From Pedobacter sp. (lineage in GTDB: Bacteria > Bacteroidota > Bacteroidia > Sphingobacteriales > Sphingobacteriaceae), in the NCBI RefSeq assembly GCF_041662865.1, contig NZ_JBAZRL010000005.1, positions 61,351 through 125,350 of the forward strand: DNA of 64,000 nucleotides. Direction: 5' to 3'. Made by a program: the position numbers and the translations under genes. The notes under the pieces were generated by a model. It did not search any database. It saw only the letters and a program-made list of their open reading frames with translations, and was not told the origin of the DNA. Shown here in pieces: positions 19,559 through 29,073 of this stretch (positions are counted from its first letter, which is position 1; each line of letters starts with the position of its first letter).

Positions 19559-21871
19559 TTAGTTTACTAATTTGAAATCAGCTTCTTTAACATCTTTAAC
19601 ATTTGGCCCTACAAATACTTTAAAATCGCCAGGTTCGGCTACAAATTTAAGATCACTAGTATAGAATTTCAAATCTTCTTCAGTCAGGTTAAATGTAACC
19701 ATCTTACTTTCTCCAGGTTGTAATTTAATTTTTTGAAATCCTTTTAGTTCTTTAACTGGTCTGGTACTTGTCCCAACTAAATCACGAGTATAGAGTTGAA
19801 CAATTTCTTCGCCAGCAAATTTACCTGTGTTAGTTACAGTAGTAGTAACTGTTATTTTTTGGTTAGGTTTTAATGTGTTTGAACTTAATTTTAAACCTTC
19901 ATATGTAAATGTTGTATAGCTTAACCCAAACCCAAAAGGATATAAAGGTTCATTACTTACATCTAAATAATTGGATTTAAATTTTGTAAACCATTTTCCA
20001 TCTGGCAAAGGCCTACCTGTATTTTTATGGCTGTAATAGATTGGAACTTGACCAATATTTTGAGGAAAAGTTACCGGTAATTTACCAGAAGGGTTAACAT
20101 CTCCAAATAAGACATCTGCAATTGCATTTGTAGTTTGAATACCACCAAACCAAACATTTAATATGGCTGGCACATTTTCACTTTCCCATTTTATCGCTAA
20201 TGGTCTGCCTGTAAATAAAACCAAAACAACCGGTTTTCCAGTTTTTAATAAGGCAGCTAACAATCTTTTTTGGCTTTCAGGGATTCCAATATCCGTACGG
20301 CTTGAACTCTCTCCACTCATTTCAGAGCTTTCTCCTAATGCCGCTATTACAACATCAGCTTTGCTAGCATTTTGAACTGCTTCCTTAATTAATTCACCTT
20401 CGTTACGGTTATCTCTAGGGATTTCCCTACCAAACATGGTCGAATTTATTTGCAGTGTTTCATCTGTGGTAAGATTTGAACCTAAACTGTAAACAATTTT
20501 CACATTATTACCACCTACATTTTTTAAGCCCTCTAATAATGAGGGTACTAAATTCATATCGGAGTTTACACTCCATGTTCCTGGCATATTGCTTTTAGTA
20601 TTGCCTAAAGGACCAACTAACGCAATTGTGCCTGATTTTTTAAGTGGTAAGGTTTGATTTTGATTTTTTAGCAATACAAAGGTTTTGGTTGCTGCTTCTC
20701 TAGCAAATTGAATGTTGGCAGGAGTTAAAATTTCTTTTTTAGCACGCTCTTCATTACAGTATCTAAAAGGGTCTTCGAATAAACCCAATTTATATTTCGC
20801 TTGTAAAATTAAACGGCAAGCATTATCAATTTGAGCAGTAGTTACTTTTCCTTCTTTTAAAGATTGTTTTAGTGTTGATAAAAAACCTTCGCTTACCATA
20901 TCCATGTCGGTACCTGCTTTTAAGGATAAAGCAGAAACAGTTTTTAAATCGCCCAAACCATGATCTATAAGTTCACTTACACCAGTATAATCAGAAACTA
21001 CAAAACCCTTAAAACCCCATTGTTTACGTAAAACATCAGTTAATAACCATTTGTTAGCAGTTGCAGGCACTCCATTAATATCGTTAAAAGAAACCATAAT
21101 ACTACCAGCGCCAGCATCAAGTGCAGCTTTATATGGAGGTAAATAATCGTTATACATTCTGTCCAAACTCATATCGGTAGTATTATAATCTCTACCAGCT
21201 TCTGCGGCGCCATATAAGGCGAAATGTTTTACACAAGCCATAATGGTGTTGTATTTAGATAAATTGTCTCCCTGATAGCCTTTAACCATTACCTTGGCAA
21301 TTTGAGAGCCTAAGTAGGTGTCTTCTCCGCTTCCTTCTGCAATTCTTCCCCACCGTGCATCGCGAGCAATATCAACCATAGGAGAAAATGTCCAGCTTAA
21401 ACCATCTGCGCTAGCCTCAGTAGCTGCAACACGAGCCGTTTTTTCTATTAAAGATAAATCCCAACTTGCAGCTAAAGCTAATGGAATTGGAAATGTAGTT
21501 TTATACCCATGAATTACATCTTGCCCAAAAATTAAAGGGATTTTTAATCGACTTTTCATCGCAATTTCTTGCGTTTTACGAATTTTATCAGGGGTTGTCA
21601 TGCTGAAAATCCCGCCTACATTACCTTTTGCAATTTTAGATTCTACATCTGTACTTACAGCTGCACCAGTTGTGGCTTCTCCACCAGTTAATAAGTTTAA
21701 TTGCCCAATTTTTTCATCAATAGTCATTTTAGAAAGTAATGAATTGATAAAAATATCCATTTTGGATTGAGAGGCAGGAATTGTCTTTTTAGTTTGCGCT
21801 GATGAATTTATGGCAACAAGCGCTAATAAAATAAATAAGGAATTTGCTCTTTTCATTTGTGTGTTTATCAT
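19559..21871 (-). CDS. bglX: GH3 beta-glucosidase
   Basis: QDVIHG, WGRIAEG, CVKHF, VVSDY nucleophile, MSGE, C-terminal FnIII. Confidence 0.95.
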   Translation of the reverse strand: MINTQMKRANSLFILLALVAINSSAQTKKTIPASQSKMDIFINSLLSKMTIDEKIGQLNLLTGGEATTGAAVSTDVESKIAKGNVGGIFSMTTPDKIRKTQEIAMKSRLKIPLIFGQDVIHGYKTTFPIPLALAASWDLSLIEKTARVAATEASADGLSWTFSPMVDIARDARWGRIAEGSGEDTYLGSQIAKVMVKGYQGDNLSKYNTIMACVKHFALYGAAEAGRDYNTTDMSLDRMYNDYLPPYKAALDAGAGSIMVSFNDINGVPATANKWLLTDVLRKQWGFKGFVVSDYTGVSELIDHGLGDLKTVSALSLKAGTDMDMVSEGFLSTLKQSLKEGKVTTAQIDNACRLILQAKYKLGLFEDPFRYCNEERAKKEILTPANIQFAREAATKTFVLLKNQNQTLPLKKSGTIALVGPLGNTKSNMPGTWSVNSDMNLVPSLLEGLKNVGGNNVKIVYSLGSNLTTDETLQINSTMFGREIPRDNRNEGELIKEAVQNASKADVVIAALGESSEMSGESSSRTDIGIPESQKRLLAALLKTGKPVVLVLFTGRPLAIKWESENVPAILNVWFGGIQTTNAIADVLFGDVNPSGKLPVTFPQNIGQVPIYYSHKNTGRPLPDGKWFTKFKSNYLDVSNEPLYPFGFGLSYTTFTYEGLKLSSNTLKPNQKITVTTTVTNTGKFAGEEIVQLYTRDLVGTSTRPVKELKGFQKIKLQPGESKMVTFNLTEEDLKFYTSDLKFVAEPGDFKVFVGPNVKDVKEADFKLVN

Positions 21872-21880
21872 TGTTAACTA

Positions 21881-23614
21881 TTAATCGGCTTTTAATATTT
21901 TGGTTTTTTGCGATACACCATTTTCGTTTATTGCTTCTATGGAGAAATAATAAGGCTTTTGATTATCCATTGCTTTAAACCAATACTCATTAAAGTCGTG
22001 TATCATTATGCAGTTGTACAATTTGTCTGGAGAAGTGCCATAGTATAAATTATAGGCAAAAGCATTATCTACAGGCTGCCATTTAATGTATGCACTTCGT
22101 TTATCTTTTTCGGTCCTTAATACAATTAGATTTTTAACTGTATTGGGCTTTTCTCTGTTTCCGTTTCCGAAAACCCGTAGTCCACTAATAGCAAATTTTC
22201 CAGTAGGCATGTGAATATTTACCAGCTTTATAAATTTTGCTTGTACTGGCTTTTCCAATTCAACATAATCATGGGGGACATCAGTTTTATTTTGGCTTTT
22301 ATCAACTAGTAATGTCCATTTTTTCCCATCTAAGGATGAAAATATTTTATATTGATGAAATGTGCCAGTCTGTTTGCCAATAAACTCTACATCTTGATCA
22401 GCATAGTTTATTTGTATGGCATTTACAGTTGAAATATTGCCAAGATCAGTTTGGATCCATTCTCCATTTGCTGAAGATTTGGCACTCCAATAGGTTTTGA
22501 TATTCTCATCTACTGCGTTATTAGCAAAAAAGCTACCTAATGTAGATGATACGATGACAGGTTTTTTATAGTTTAATAACATCCATCCTGGTCCAGAATT
22601 TTCTCCTCTCTTTTCTGAAGGGAGATACAGTGGGTAATCGCCAAATGCAGTATTGCAATACATTATGTCATCTTTGTCGAACCCTGCTGGCCATATCCCC
22701 ATTCTTCTTTCCCATGTGTTTTTTACACAAATGATACTTGTAGAAATGTGCCAATAGTTTTTGTAATTGTCCTGAAATGTAGAGCCGTGTCCAGCTCCGC
22801 GAGAGAATCCCCCAGGTTTATAACTCAAAGGATCTGATTGAGGTGTAAATGGACCGAGTGGACTATTGCCTACAACTACACCATCTGCGTAACCACTAAA
22901 CTCGGTTCCTGGTGCACCATATTGTAAATAATATTTTCCGTTATGTTTGGTCATCCAAGCACCTTCGATAAAAGGATCTAAGAAAGTATTGTCCATGTTT
23001 TCACCAAATCTTTGCCAACCATATCTGTCTCCCTGCAACAAATACATTTCTTTTCTTGTGCCTATTGGTTGCATGGTTTTACGATTTAACTCAATGCCAT
23101 ATAATGGATATTGATTGCTACTACCGTTATACATATAGAACCTTCCGTCATCATCTGTAAAAAATGCAGGATCCCAACCACCTATTTCTAAAGAATCTAC
23201 TAATGGTTTCCATTCATTTGCTTTTGGATTGGTGCTCATCCATAAAGTGAAGTTCTTAGTATAAGTACTACCAAAAACCAGCATTGTATCTCCAATAATA
23301 CCAACTGCAGGGGCACATAATTCATCTAAGGATTTATTCCAAGGTCTTAGAAATTTCTTTTCATGGAATTTCCAATTTAACATATCGCTACTCTGCCAAT
23401 ATCCCCATTGATTGGTGCTAAACAAATAAAAATCATTCTTAAAATTTACAATAACTGGGTCAGCTGTTGCACGATGTTTACCCCATTCTGCGAAAGTTGG
23501 GAAAGGGGTGTATCCATAATCTACATTTATTGGATTGCAAAACGTCTTTTGTTTCTGTGCAAATGTTGCAGATAAACAGACAAAAGTGAACAATATGAAG
23601 ATTATCCTTTTCAT
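21881..23614 (-). CDS. GH43-family hydrolase with F5/8 type C (CBM32-like) and FN3 domains
   Basis: ADP (base), WDP (pKa modulator), IEG (acid) motifs; AVDENIKTYW...WIQTDLG discoidin motif. Confidence 0.82.
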   Translation of the reverse strand: MKRIIFILFTFVCLSATFAQKQKTFCNPINVDYGYTPFPTFAEWGKHRATADPVIVNFKNDFYLFSTNQWGYWQSSDMLNWKFHEKKFLRPWNKSLDELCAPAVGIIGDTMLVFGSTYTKNFTLWMSTNPKANEWKPLVDSLEIGGWDPAFFTDDDGRFYMYNGSSNQYPLYGIELNRKTMQPIGTRKEMYLLQGDRYGWQRFGENMDNTFLDPFIEGAWMTKHNGKYYLQYGAPGTEFSGYADGVVVGNSPLGPFTPQSDPLSYKPGGFSRGAGHGSTFQDNYKNYWHISTSIICVKNTWERRMGIWPAGFDKDDIMYCNTAFGDYPLYLPSEKRGENSGPGWMLLNYKKPVIVSSTLGSFFANNAVDENIKTYWSAKSSANGEWIQTDLGNISTVNAIQINYADQDVEFIGKQTGTFHQYKIFSSLDGKKWTLLVDKSQNKTDVPHDYVELEKPVQAKFIKLVNIHMPTGKFAISGLRVFGNGNREKPNTVKNLIVLRTEKDKRSAYIKWQPVDNAFAYNLYYGTSPDKLYNCIMIHDFNEYWFKAMDNQKPYYFSIEAINENGVSQKTKILKAD

Positions 23615-24957
23615 TATTTTTTTGCTGCATTGGTTTCGAAACCTAATTTATCTAATGCTTTTTGAACTTCTGGCGCACTCATAAATAATTTCCACAGTAA
23701 ACCAGTTCTTCCATTTTCGATCATTACTACAATAGGGCCTTGATCAATGCCTAAATATCTTTTTGGATACCAATTTGCGGTTTCGCTATACGCATCGTAA
23801 AATCCATATTCACCCCAAACTTTATCTCCCAAATCTTCATATAAATGTCTAATCATTTTCATTGATTCTTTTGGCGTATAAGGATAAGAAGCTAAAGCAG
23901 CTGTTGGAGAAATTACGCCAACATCATTTGATGGACTGTGTGCCAAATAGCCTTTTATAGAATAACTTGCAGTTAAACCCCAAGAAACATCACCATAACC
24001 TTTATATTTTTTTGGGTTCGCTAAGGCATAATCGTAATTAATTAATGCGTGGTTTGTGTTTTCTCTCCAATAATCTGCATAACGATCTTTTAAGCCTTTC
24101 GGATTTAATCCTAAATATGAATATTGAGACCAAAACAAAGGACCCACGCTATTTTTTTCACCATTATGTGCTAATTTAATCTCATGTCCGTATAGGCTGA
24201 AATCAGTGTTAATTGCACCACTTTTAGCCCAACCTTCGTGGTAAACTTCTGCCGGAATAGTATGTGTAGGTGAGGCAGCAGCCATTATGTACATAATTAA
24301 ACATTCGTTATAACCAGTTACTGGGAAATTCATTTTCCAGCCAATATTAGGTGACCAATGCCAGTACAATACATTTTTTCCTCCGTTGCGATACCAATCA
24401 AAGTCTACCTCTTTCCACAATTTGTCTATTTGTGCAGCTAGTGCTTTTTCTTGTACATTGCCGTCTTTAAAATATTGGCGAACGCAAAGTAAACCTTGTA
24501 GTAAGTAAGAGGTTTCAACTAAATCTCCGCCATCGTCGTTCTTGCCAAATGGTTTTACCTTCCCAGAAGGATAAATCCAATGTGACCAAGCGCCATGAAA
24601 GCGATCTGCTTTTTCTAGAAAGTTTACGTTTTTTTGCAAACGCTCAAAACCTTCTTTACGAGTAATGAATTTACGTTCAATTGCCACTAGAATTGACATG
24701 ACACCAAATCCAGATGCTCCTGAAGCAATTACATCTTTGTCTTTATCCGGGTAAACATTATCACTATGATATCTTTCTCTAGCTAAACCAGAGATAGGTT
24801 CAGCGCCATCCCAAAAATAATTAAAGGTCTGTTTTTCTACAAGAGTAAGTAATTGATCATCACTCAAGTTTTTTTTAATAACAAGTGTATTTTTTTGCTG
24901 AGCCTGGCTACAGCTGCTTAATATTAATAGTAAGATTGATATATAAATAAGTCTCAT
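23614..24957 (-). CDS. GH144 (glycoamylase-like) beta-1,2-glucanase
   Basis: F.YFWD, GLARER, DRFHGAW.HW, GGDLVETSYL, GYNECLI, IDQGPIVVMIEN. Confidence 0.85.
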   Translation of the reverse strand: MRLIYISILLLILSSCSQAQQKNTLVIKKNLSDDQLLTLVEKQTFNYFWDGAEPISGLARERYHSDNVYPDKDKDVIASGASGFGVMSILVAIERKFITRKEGFERLQKNVNFLEKADRFHGAWSHWIYPSGKVKPFGKNDDGGDLVETSYLLQGLLCVRQYFKDGNVQEKALAAQIDKLWKEVDFDWYRNGGKNVLYWHWSPNIGWKMNFPVTGYNECLIMYIMAAASPTHTIPAEVYHEGWAKSGAINTDFSLYGHEIKLAHNGEKNSVGPLFWSQYSYLGLNPKGLKDRYADYWRENTNHALINYDYALANPKKYKGYGDVSWGLTASYSIKGYLAHSPSNDVGVISPTAALASYPYTPKESMKMIRHLYEDLGDKVWGEYGFYDAYSETANWYPKRYLGIDQGPIVVMIENGRTGLLWKLFMSAPEVQKALDKLGFETNAAKK

Positions 24958-24991
24958 TTATGTTGGTGTGGAGTTTCCTAATGGGGTAATT

Positions 24992-26659
24992 TTATAAATT
25001 GGGACTTGTAAACCCTAAGTTTTTCATGCCTGTTTTTACTTCTGGTGCACTCATAAATAAATTCCAAATTAATTTGGTCCTATAGTTTTCTATCATTACT
25101 ACAATTGGTCCCTGATCAATTGCTAGTGTTGAATTCGCAAACCATTGATTTTGTAAAGAGAACGAATCATAAAAGCCATATTCACCCCAAGTTTTATTTC
25201 CTAATTTATAATAGAAGTATTTAAGTGCTTGCATTGATTCTGTTGGTGTATATGGAAATGAAGAAAGTGCTGCTGTTGGTGCAATTACGCTTACGTCATT
25301 ATTAGGCGAGCTAGCAGTATATCCATTTTGAATATCACTTGCGGTTAAACCCCAACAATTTTCACTGTAACCATAGTAGTTTAAGGGGTTAGCTTTGCAG
25401 TAGTTATAATTTATTAAGGTATGCGCTTTAGTTTGTGTTTCGTAATTGGCATATGTATCAACTAAACCTATTGGATTAATACCTAAAAAAGAATAGTGAG
25501 CAAAGAATAGTGGACCTCCATTTGCTGAGCCTAAGGGAAGCTGAACTCCATAATAACTATTACCATTTTTCATAGCTCCATTTTGTGCCCATCCATTATC
25601 ATAAACAGTTTTAGGGATTGAAGAAGATGTTGAAGCCGCCGCCATTACATAAGTTATTAAACATTCATTCCAACCTTTTATAGGTAAATTCATATCCCAA
25701 TTATACGTTGGGCTCCAATGCCAATACAATGTGTTACTATTATCTTTTCTATACCAAGCCCATTCAACTCCATTGTAAATTGCATTGATATCATTTCTTA
25801 ATGCAGTTTCTATAACATCACCTCCGTTAAAATATTGCCTTGCCGTAATTAATCCTGCCATTAAATAAGATGTTTCTACTAAATCGCCACCGTTATCTTT
25901 AGTGCTAAATGGAATAACTTTTCCTGTATTTCCATCTAGCCAATGTGGGTATGCACCATGGAAACGATCTGCAGTTTTAAGAAAACCTACAATTTTCTGC
26001 ATCCGAGTAAGACCTTCAGCTCTGCTAATAAAATTACGACTTACACCAGTTACTAATGCCATAATTCCGAAACCAGACCCGCCAGAGGTAACGGTGTTAC
26101 CAGCCGTATTTCTTTCTCGTGCTAAACCACTTGTTGGATGGCCAAAATCCCAAAAATACTTAAAGGTTTGTTTTTGAACTAAAGTGAGAAGATCATCATC
26201 GCTTATTCGAGCAAACTTGTCAGTATCATCTACCGCAGTGATTAATGTTAATGTAATACTCGATTGTAATTTATTGCCAGTTTTGGATAAAAGGCCAGTA
26301 TTTACTGTTAAAATATATTTTGTAATAGGTTGTAAGGCATTAGGAGTTATGACAACCGTATTATCGTTATTCTCTAAGGTTGGAGTGAATGCTATTGCAT
26401 TACCTGAAATATCATTAATTGAAACATTTCCGCTAACGGAAGATAAATTAATAGGTGATGAGAAAGTGATTTTTATGATGGGAATACTATTTAAGCCATA
26501 ATAGGTGAAACCATTATACGTTCCATTTACTTTTAGATCAGCAAATGAATAAGTTGTTGGAGGAGGTATTACAGGATCTATTGGGGTAGGAGCACTACTT
26601 TTTTTACAGGCAAAAAAAACAACAGAGATAATTAGGATGTAGATATATATTTTGTTCAT
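24992..26659 (-). CDS. GH144 beta-1,2-glucanase lipoprotein with N-terminal Ig-like domain
   Basis: Lipobox VFFAC, about 120-aa Ig-like region, then the same GH144 motifs (GGDLVETSYL, GWNECLI, IDQGPIVVMIEN). Confidence 0.85.
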   Translation of the reverse strand: MNKIYIYILIISVVFFACKKSSAPTPIDPVIPPPTTYSFADLKVNGTYNGFTYYGLNSIPIIKITFSSPINLSSVSGNVSINDISGNAIAFTPTLENNDNTVVITPNALQPITKYILTVNTGLLSKTGNKLQSSITLTLITAVDDTDKFARISDDDLLTLVQKQTFKYFWDFGHPTSGLARERNTAGNTVTSGGSGFGIMALVTGVSRNFISRAEGLTRMQKIVGFLKTADRFHGAYPHWLDGNTGKVIPFSTKDNGGDLVETSYLMAGLITARQYFNGGDVIETALRNDINAIYNGVEWAWYRKDNSNTLYWHWSPTYNWDMNLPIKGWNECLITYVMAAASTSSSIPKTVYDNGWAQNGAMKNGNSYYGVQLPLGSANGGPLFFAHYSFLGINPIGLVDTYANYETQTKAHTLINYNYCKANPLNYYGYSENCWGLTASDIQNGYTASSPNNDVSVIAPTAALSSFPYTPTESMQALKYFYYKLGNKTWGEYGFYDSFSLQNQWFANSTLAIDQGPIVVMIENYRTKLIWNLFMSAPEVKTGMKNLGFTSPNL

Positions 26660-26670
26660 TACGCTTAGTT

Positions 26671-26699
26671 AAAAAAGGGTTGCCATTATAGCAACCCTT
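26671..26699 (-). terminator. Intrinsic terminator inside the PUL, after the LamG gene
   Basis: 9-bp stem AAGGGTTGC / GCAACCCTT, 7-nt loop, T6 on the minus strand. Confidence 0.75.
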
Positions 26700-26732
26700 C
26701 TAATTTGTTATTGCCTCTGAGTTTAAAGGATT

Positions 26733-27557
26733 TTATTTTCCTCTACCTTCAAGTTTTGCTAAAGAGCTAATCTCATCATCGCTTAACGCTTTATTGTAGA
26801 TTCTCACTTCGTCTAACATACCTACTAAATAACTTGCCCAATCTTGTTTGCCAGTACCAGTTGTTAAGCTTGGTGTAGTTTGAAAGTGGACGGTTCCGAA
26901 AACCATTTTACTTGCATTTTGGAATGTTAACGGACCATTGCCAGCAATTATTTGAGTAGCGATTTTTGATCCGTTAACATAAACTTTATAAGTAGAACTA
27001 ACTTGATCATAGCTAATTACAATGTGATTCCATTTATCCCAAGGACTAGTCATTGCATAATTACCCAACCAGTTATCAACACCATTATTGTTTACATGGA
27101 TTTTTAGGTTGCCAGAAGCAGCAGTTCCGCCGTTTTCGAAAAATACAGTCATGTTTCCCCAAAATGCAGTTGTATTTGATATATCAACCAAGCCAACAAT
27201 ACCTTTGTCATTTAAAGGCATGTTTTCCCAACAGCTTATGGTAAAGCTTTTCAAGCCTTGAACAGCAGTTGGCGTATTTGAAGTAACATAAGCATTTAAC
27301 GCACCTTTTAACGCTTGCCCTTTAACACCGACTGCAAATGTAGTTCCGGCGTTAGTACCTACAGTATTTGATTTGCTTTCATTAAAATTCCCATCGAAAG
27401 ACCAATAAGCAACTAAGTTAGTTGGAGCAACTTGATCAGAACTAGTATAACCACCTATATTTAAGGCAGGTGCATAGCTAGCTGGATCAAAATCTTTTTG
27501 ACAAGAAGAAAACCCTAAAGCTCCTAATGCCAACAATATAAAATATTTTGTTTTCAT
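26733..27557 (-). CDS. LamG/concanavalin-A-like lipoprotein (surface glycan-binding protein candidate)
   Basis: Lipobox FSSC; LVAYWSFDG, FTISCW, W.HIVI, LDEVRIYNKALS; directly follows susD. Confidence 0.82.
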   Translation of the reverse strand: MKTKYFILLALGALGFSSCQKDFDPASYAPALNIGGYTSSDQVAPTNLVAYWSFDGNFNESKSNTVGTNAGTTFAVGVKGQALKGALNAYVTSNTPTAVQGLKSFTISCWENMPLNDKGIVGLVDISNTTAFWGNMTVFFENGGTAASGNLKIHVNNNGVDNWLGNYAMTSPWDKWNHIVISYDQVSSTYKVYVNGSKIATQIIAGNGPLTFQNASKMVFGTVHFQTTPSLTTGTGKQDWASYLVGMLDEVRIYNKALSDDEISSLAKLEGRGK

Positions 27558-27577
27558 ATCTTTTTTAAATTAAGCGA

Positions 27578-29062
27578 TTAATAATTTGGGTTTTGAGTTA
27601 ATTTACCTGCACTTTTATCAATCTCTGTTGAAGGAATTGGCCAAACTTCATTTTTACCAGCTTTCCAACCTTTAGGTCCAAAAACTGCCGTACCACGACC
27701 TTGACGAATGACATCAAAATAACGATCAGATTCCATGGCTAACTCCACTTGTCTTTCTTTCCAAATAGCCTGACGAATAGTTTCTTTATCTGTAGAAGTT
27801 ACATCAGGCAAGACACCTACAACACCACCTCTTGCACGAGCTCTTACTTTATTTAAAGAGGCTTTTGCGGTTGTTGGATCGTTTAATTCATTTGCAGCTT
27901 CTGCATTCATTAATAATACATCTGCAAAACGAATTACTCTAACATTTTGTTGACTACCCTCATTGTATCCACTTACAATTGTATTGAATGGAACATATGA
28001 TTTCTGATTATACATTGGGTTGTCGCCAGTTGCTGGAATTGCATCACCCTCTGGTGTAGTTTCACCTCTAAAAATAATTGTAGCGTCTCTTCTAGTATCT
28101 CCAGCTTCGAAAGCCGCAGCTAAAGTTGCAGTTGGAACATTAAAGCCCCAACCCCCTACAGTACCTCTTACACCTTGTACTTGACTGTATTGTGAGTTAG
28201 ATGCAGCAGCATTATTTAACAACAATTCACACTGAATTTCAAAAACAGACTCAACACTATTTTCGTGATTTGTACGGAAACCCTGTTCAAAATTTGGATA
28301 TAAATCATAACCCAAGGTTTTTACCGTATTTGTTAACGAAAGAACCAAATCCCATTTGGCTAAATACATAGCAACTTTAGCATGTAAAGCCAATGCAGCA
28401 CCTTTTGTAGCTCTACCTAAATCTGCCGAACCGTAAGTTGCAGGTAAAACTGCCGCTGCATCATCAAGATCTTTCTCAATGGCAGCATACACTTGCGCTT
28501 TTGGTGTTCTTGCCAAATTAAACTCAGCAGCATCTTTAGGTACATTTAAACGTAAAGGAACATCGCCAAATGCTCTAACTAATCTAAAGTAAGAATACGC
28601 ACGAATAAATTTTGCTTCAGCTAGATAGCGTGATTTAAGGTTAGCATCCATACTAATTGCAGGGATATTATCTAATACTTGGTTACAAAGGTTAATGTTT
28701 TGATATTGACCTTCCCAAAATCCTTGTAATTGACCTTCGGTAGATGATACTGTAAAGTTATCAAAGCTATTTAAATAACTCGCGTCATTTGCAGAGCTTC
28801 CTTTTTCAGCATCATCGCCACCTATACTTTCAACAGCCAATGCTGGGAAAGCTGTATTTGCCCAATTTCTAATATTTGCATAAATAGAATTTACAGCTTT
28901 TGTAGCGTCACTTTCAGTTTTCCAAAAAGTAACGGCTGGCTGTTGAGCTTGAGGATCTACATCTAAAAAGCTTTTTTTACATGCAGATACTATAAAAAGA
29001 GTTGAAAACAATGTTAGTAATCCAATCTTCTGTATAACTGTATTTTTATAATTTATTTTCAT
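27578..29062 (-). CDS. susD: RagB/SusD family lipoprotein
   Basis: Lipobox VSAC; EAKFIRAYSYFRLV..FGDVP, IRFADVLLM.AEA, ERQVELAME. Confidence 0.95.
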   Translation of the reverse strand: MKINYKNTVIQKIGLLTLFSTLFIVSACKKSFLDVDPQAQQPAVTFWKTESDATKAVNSIYANIRNWANTAFPALAVESIGGDDAEKGSSANDASYLNSFDNFTVSSTEGQLQGFWEGQYQNINLCNQVLDNIPAISMDANLKSRYLAEAKFIRAYSYFRLVRAFGDVPLRLNVPKDAAEFNLARTPKAQVYAAIEKDLDDAAAVLPATYGSADLGRATKGAALALHAKVAMYLAKWDLVLSLTNTVKTLGYDLYPNFEQGFRTNHENSVESVFEIQCELLLNNAAASNSQYSQVQGVRGTVGGWGFNVPTATLAAAFEAGDTRRDATIIFRGETTPEGDAIPATGDNPMYNQKSYVPFNTIVSGYNEGSQQNVRVIRFADVLLMNAEAANELNDPTTAKASLNKVRARARGGVVGVLPDVTSTDKETIRQAIWKERQVELAMESDRYFDVIRQGRGTAVFGPKGWKAGKNEVWPIPSTEIDKSAGKLTQNPNY

Positions 29063-29073
29063 GGTTTTTGATA

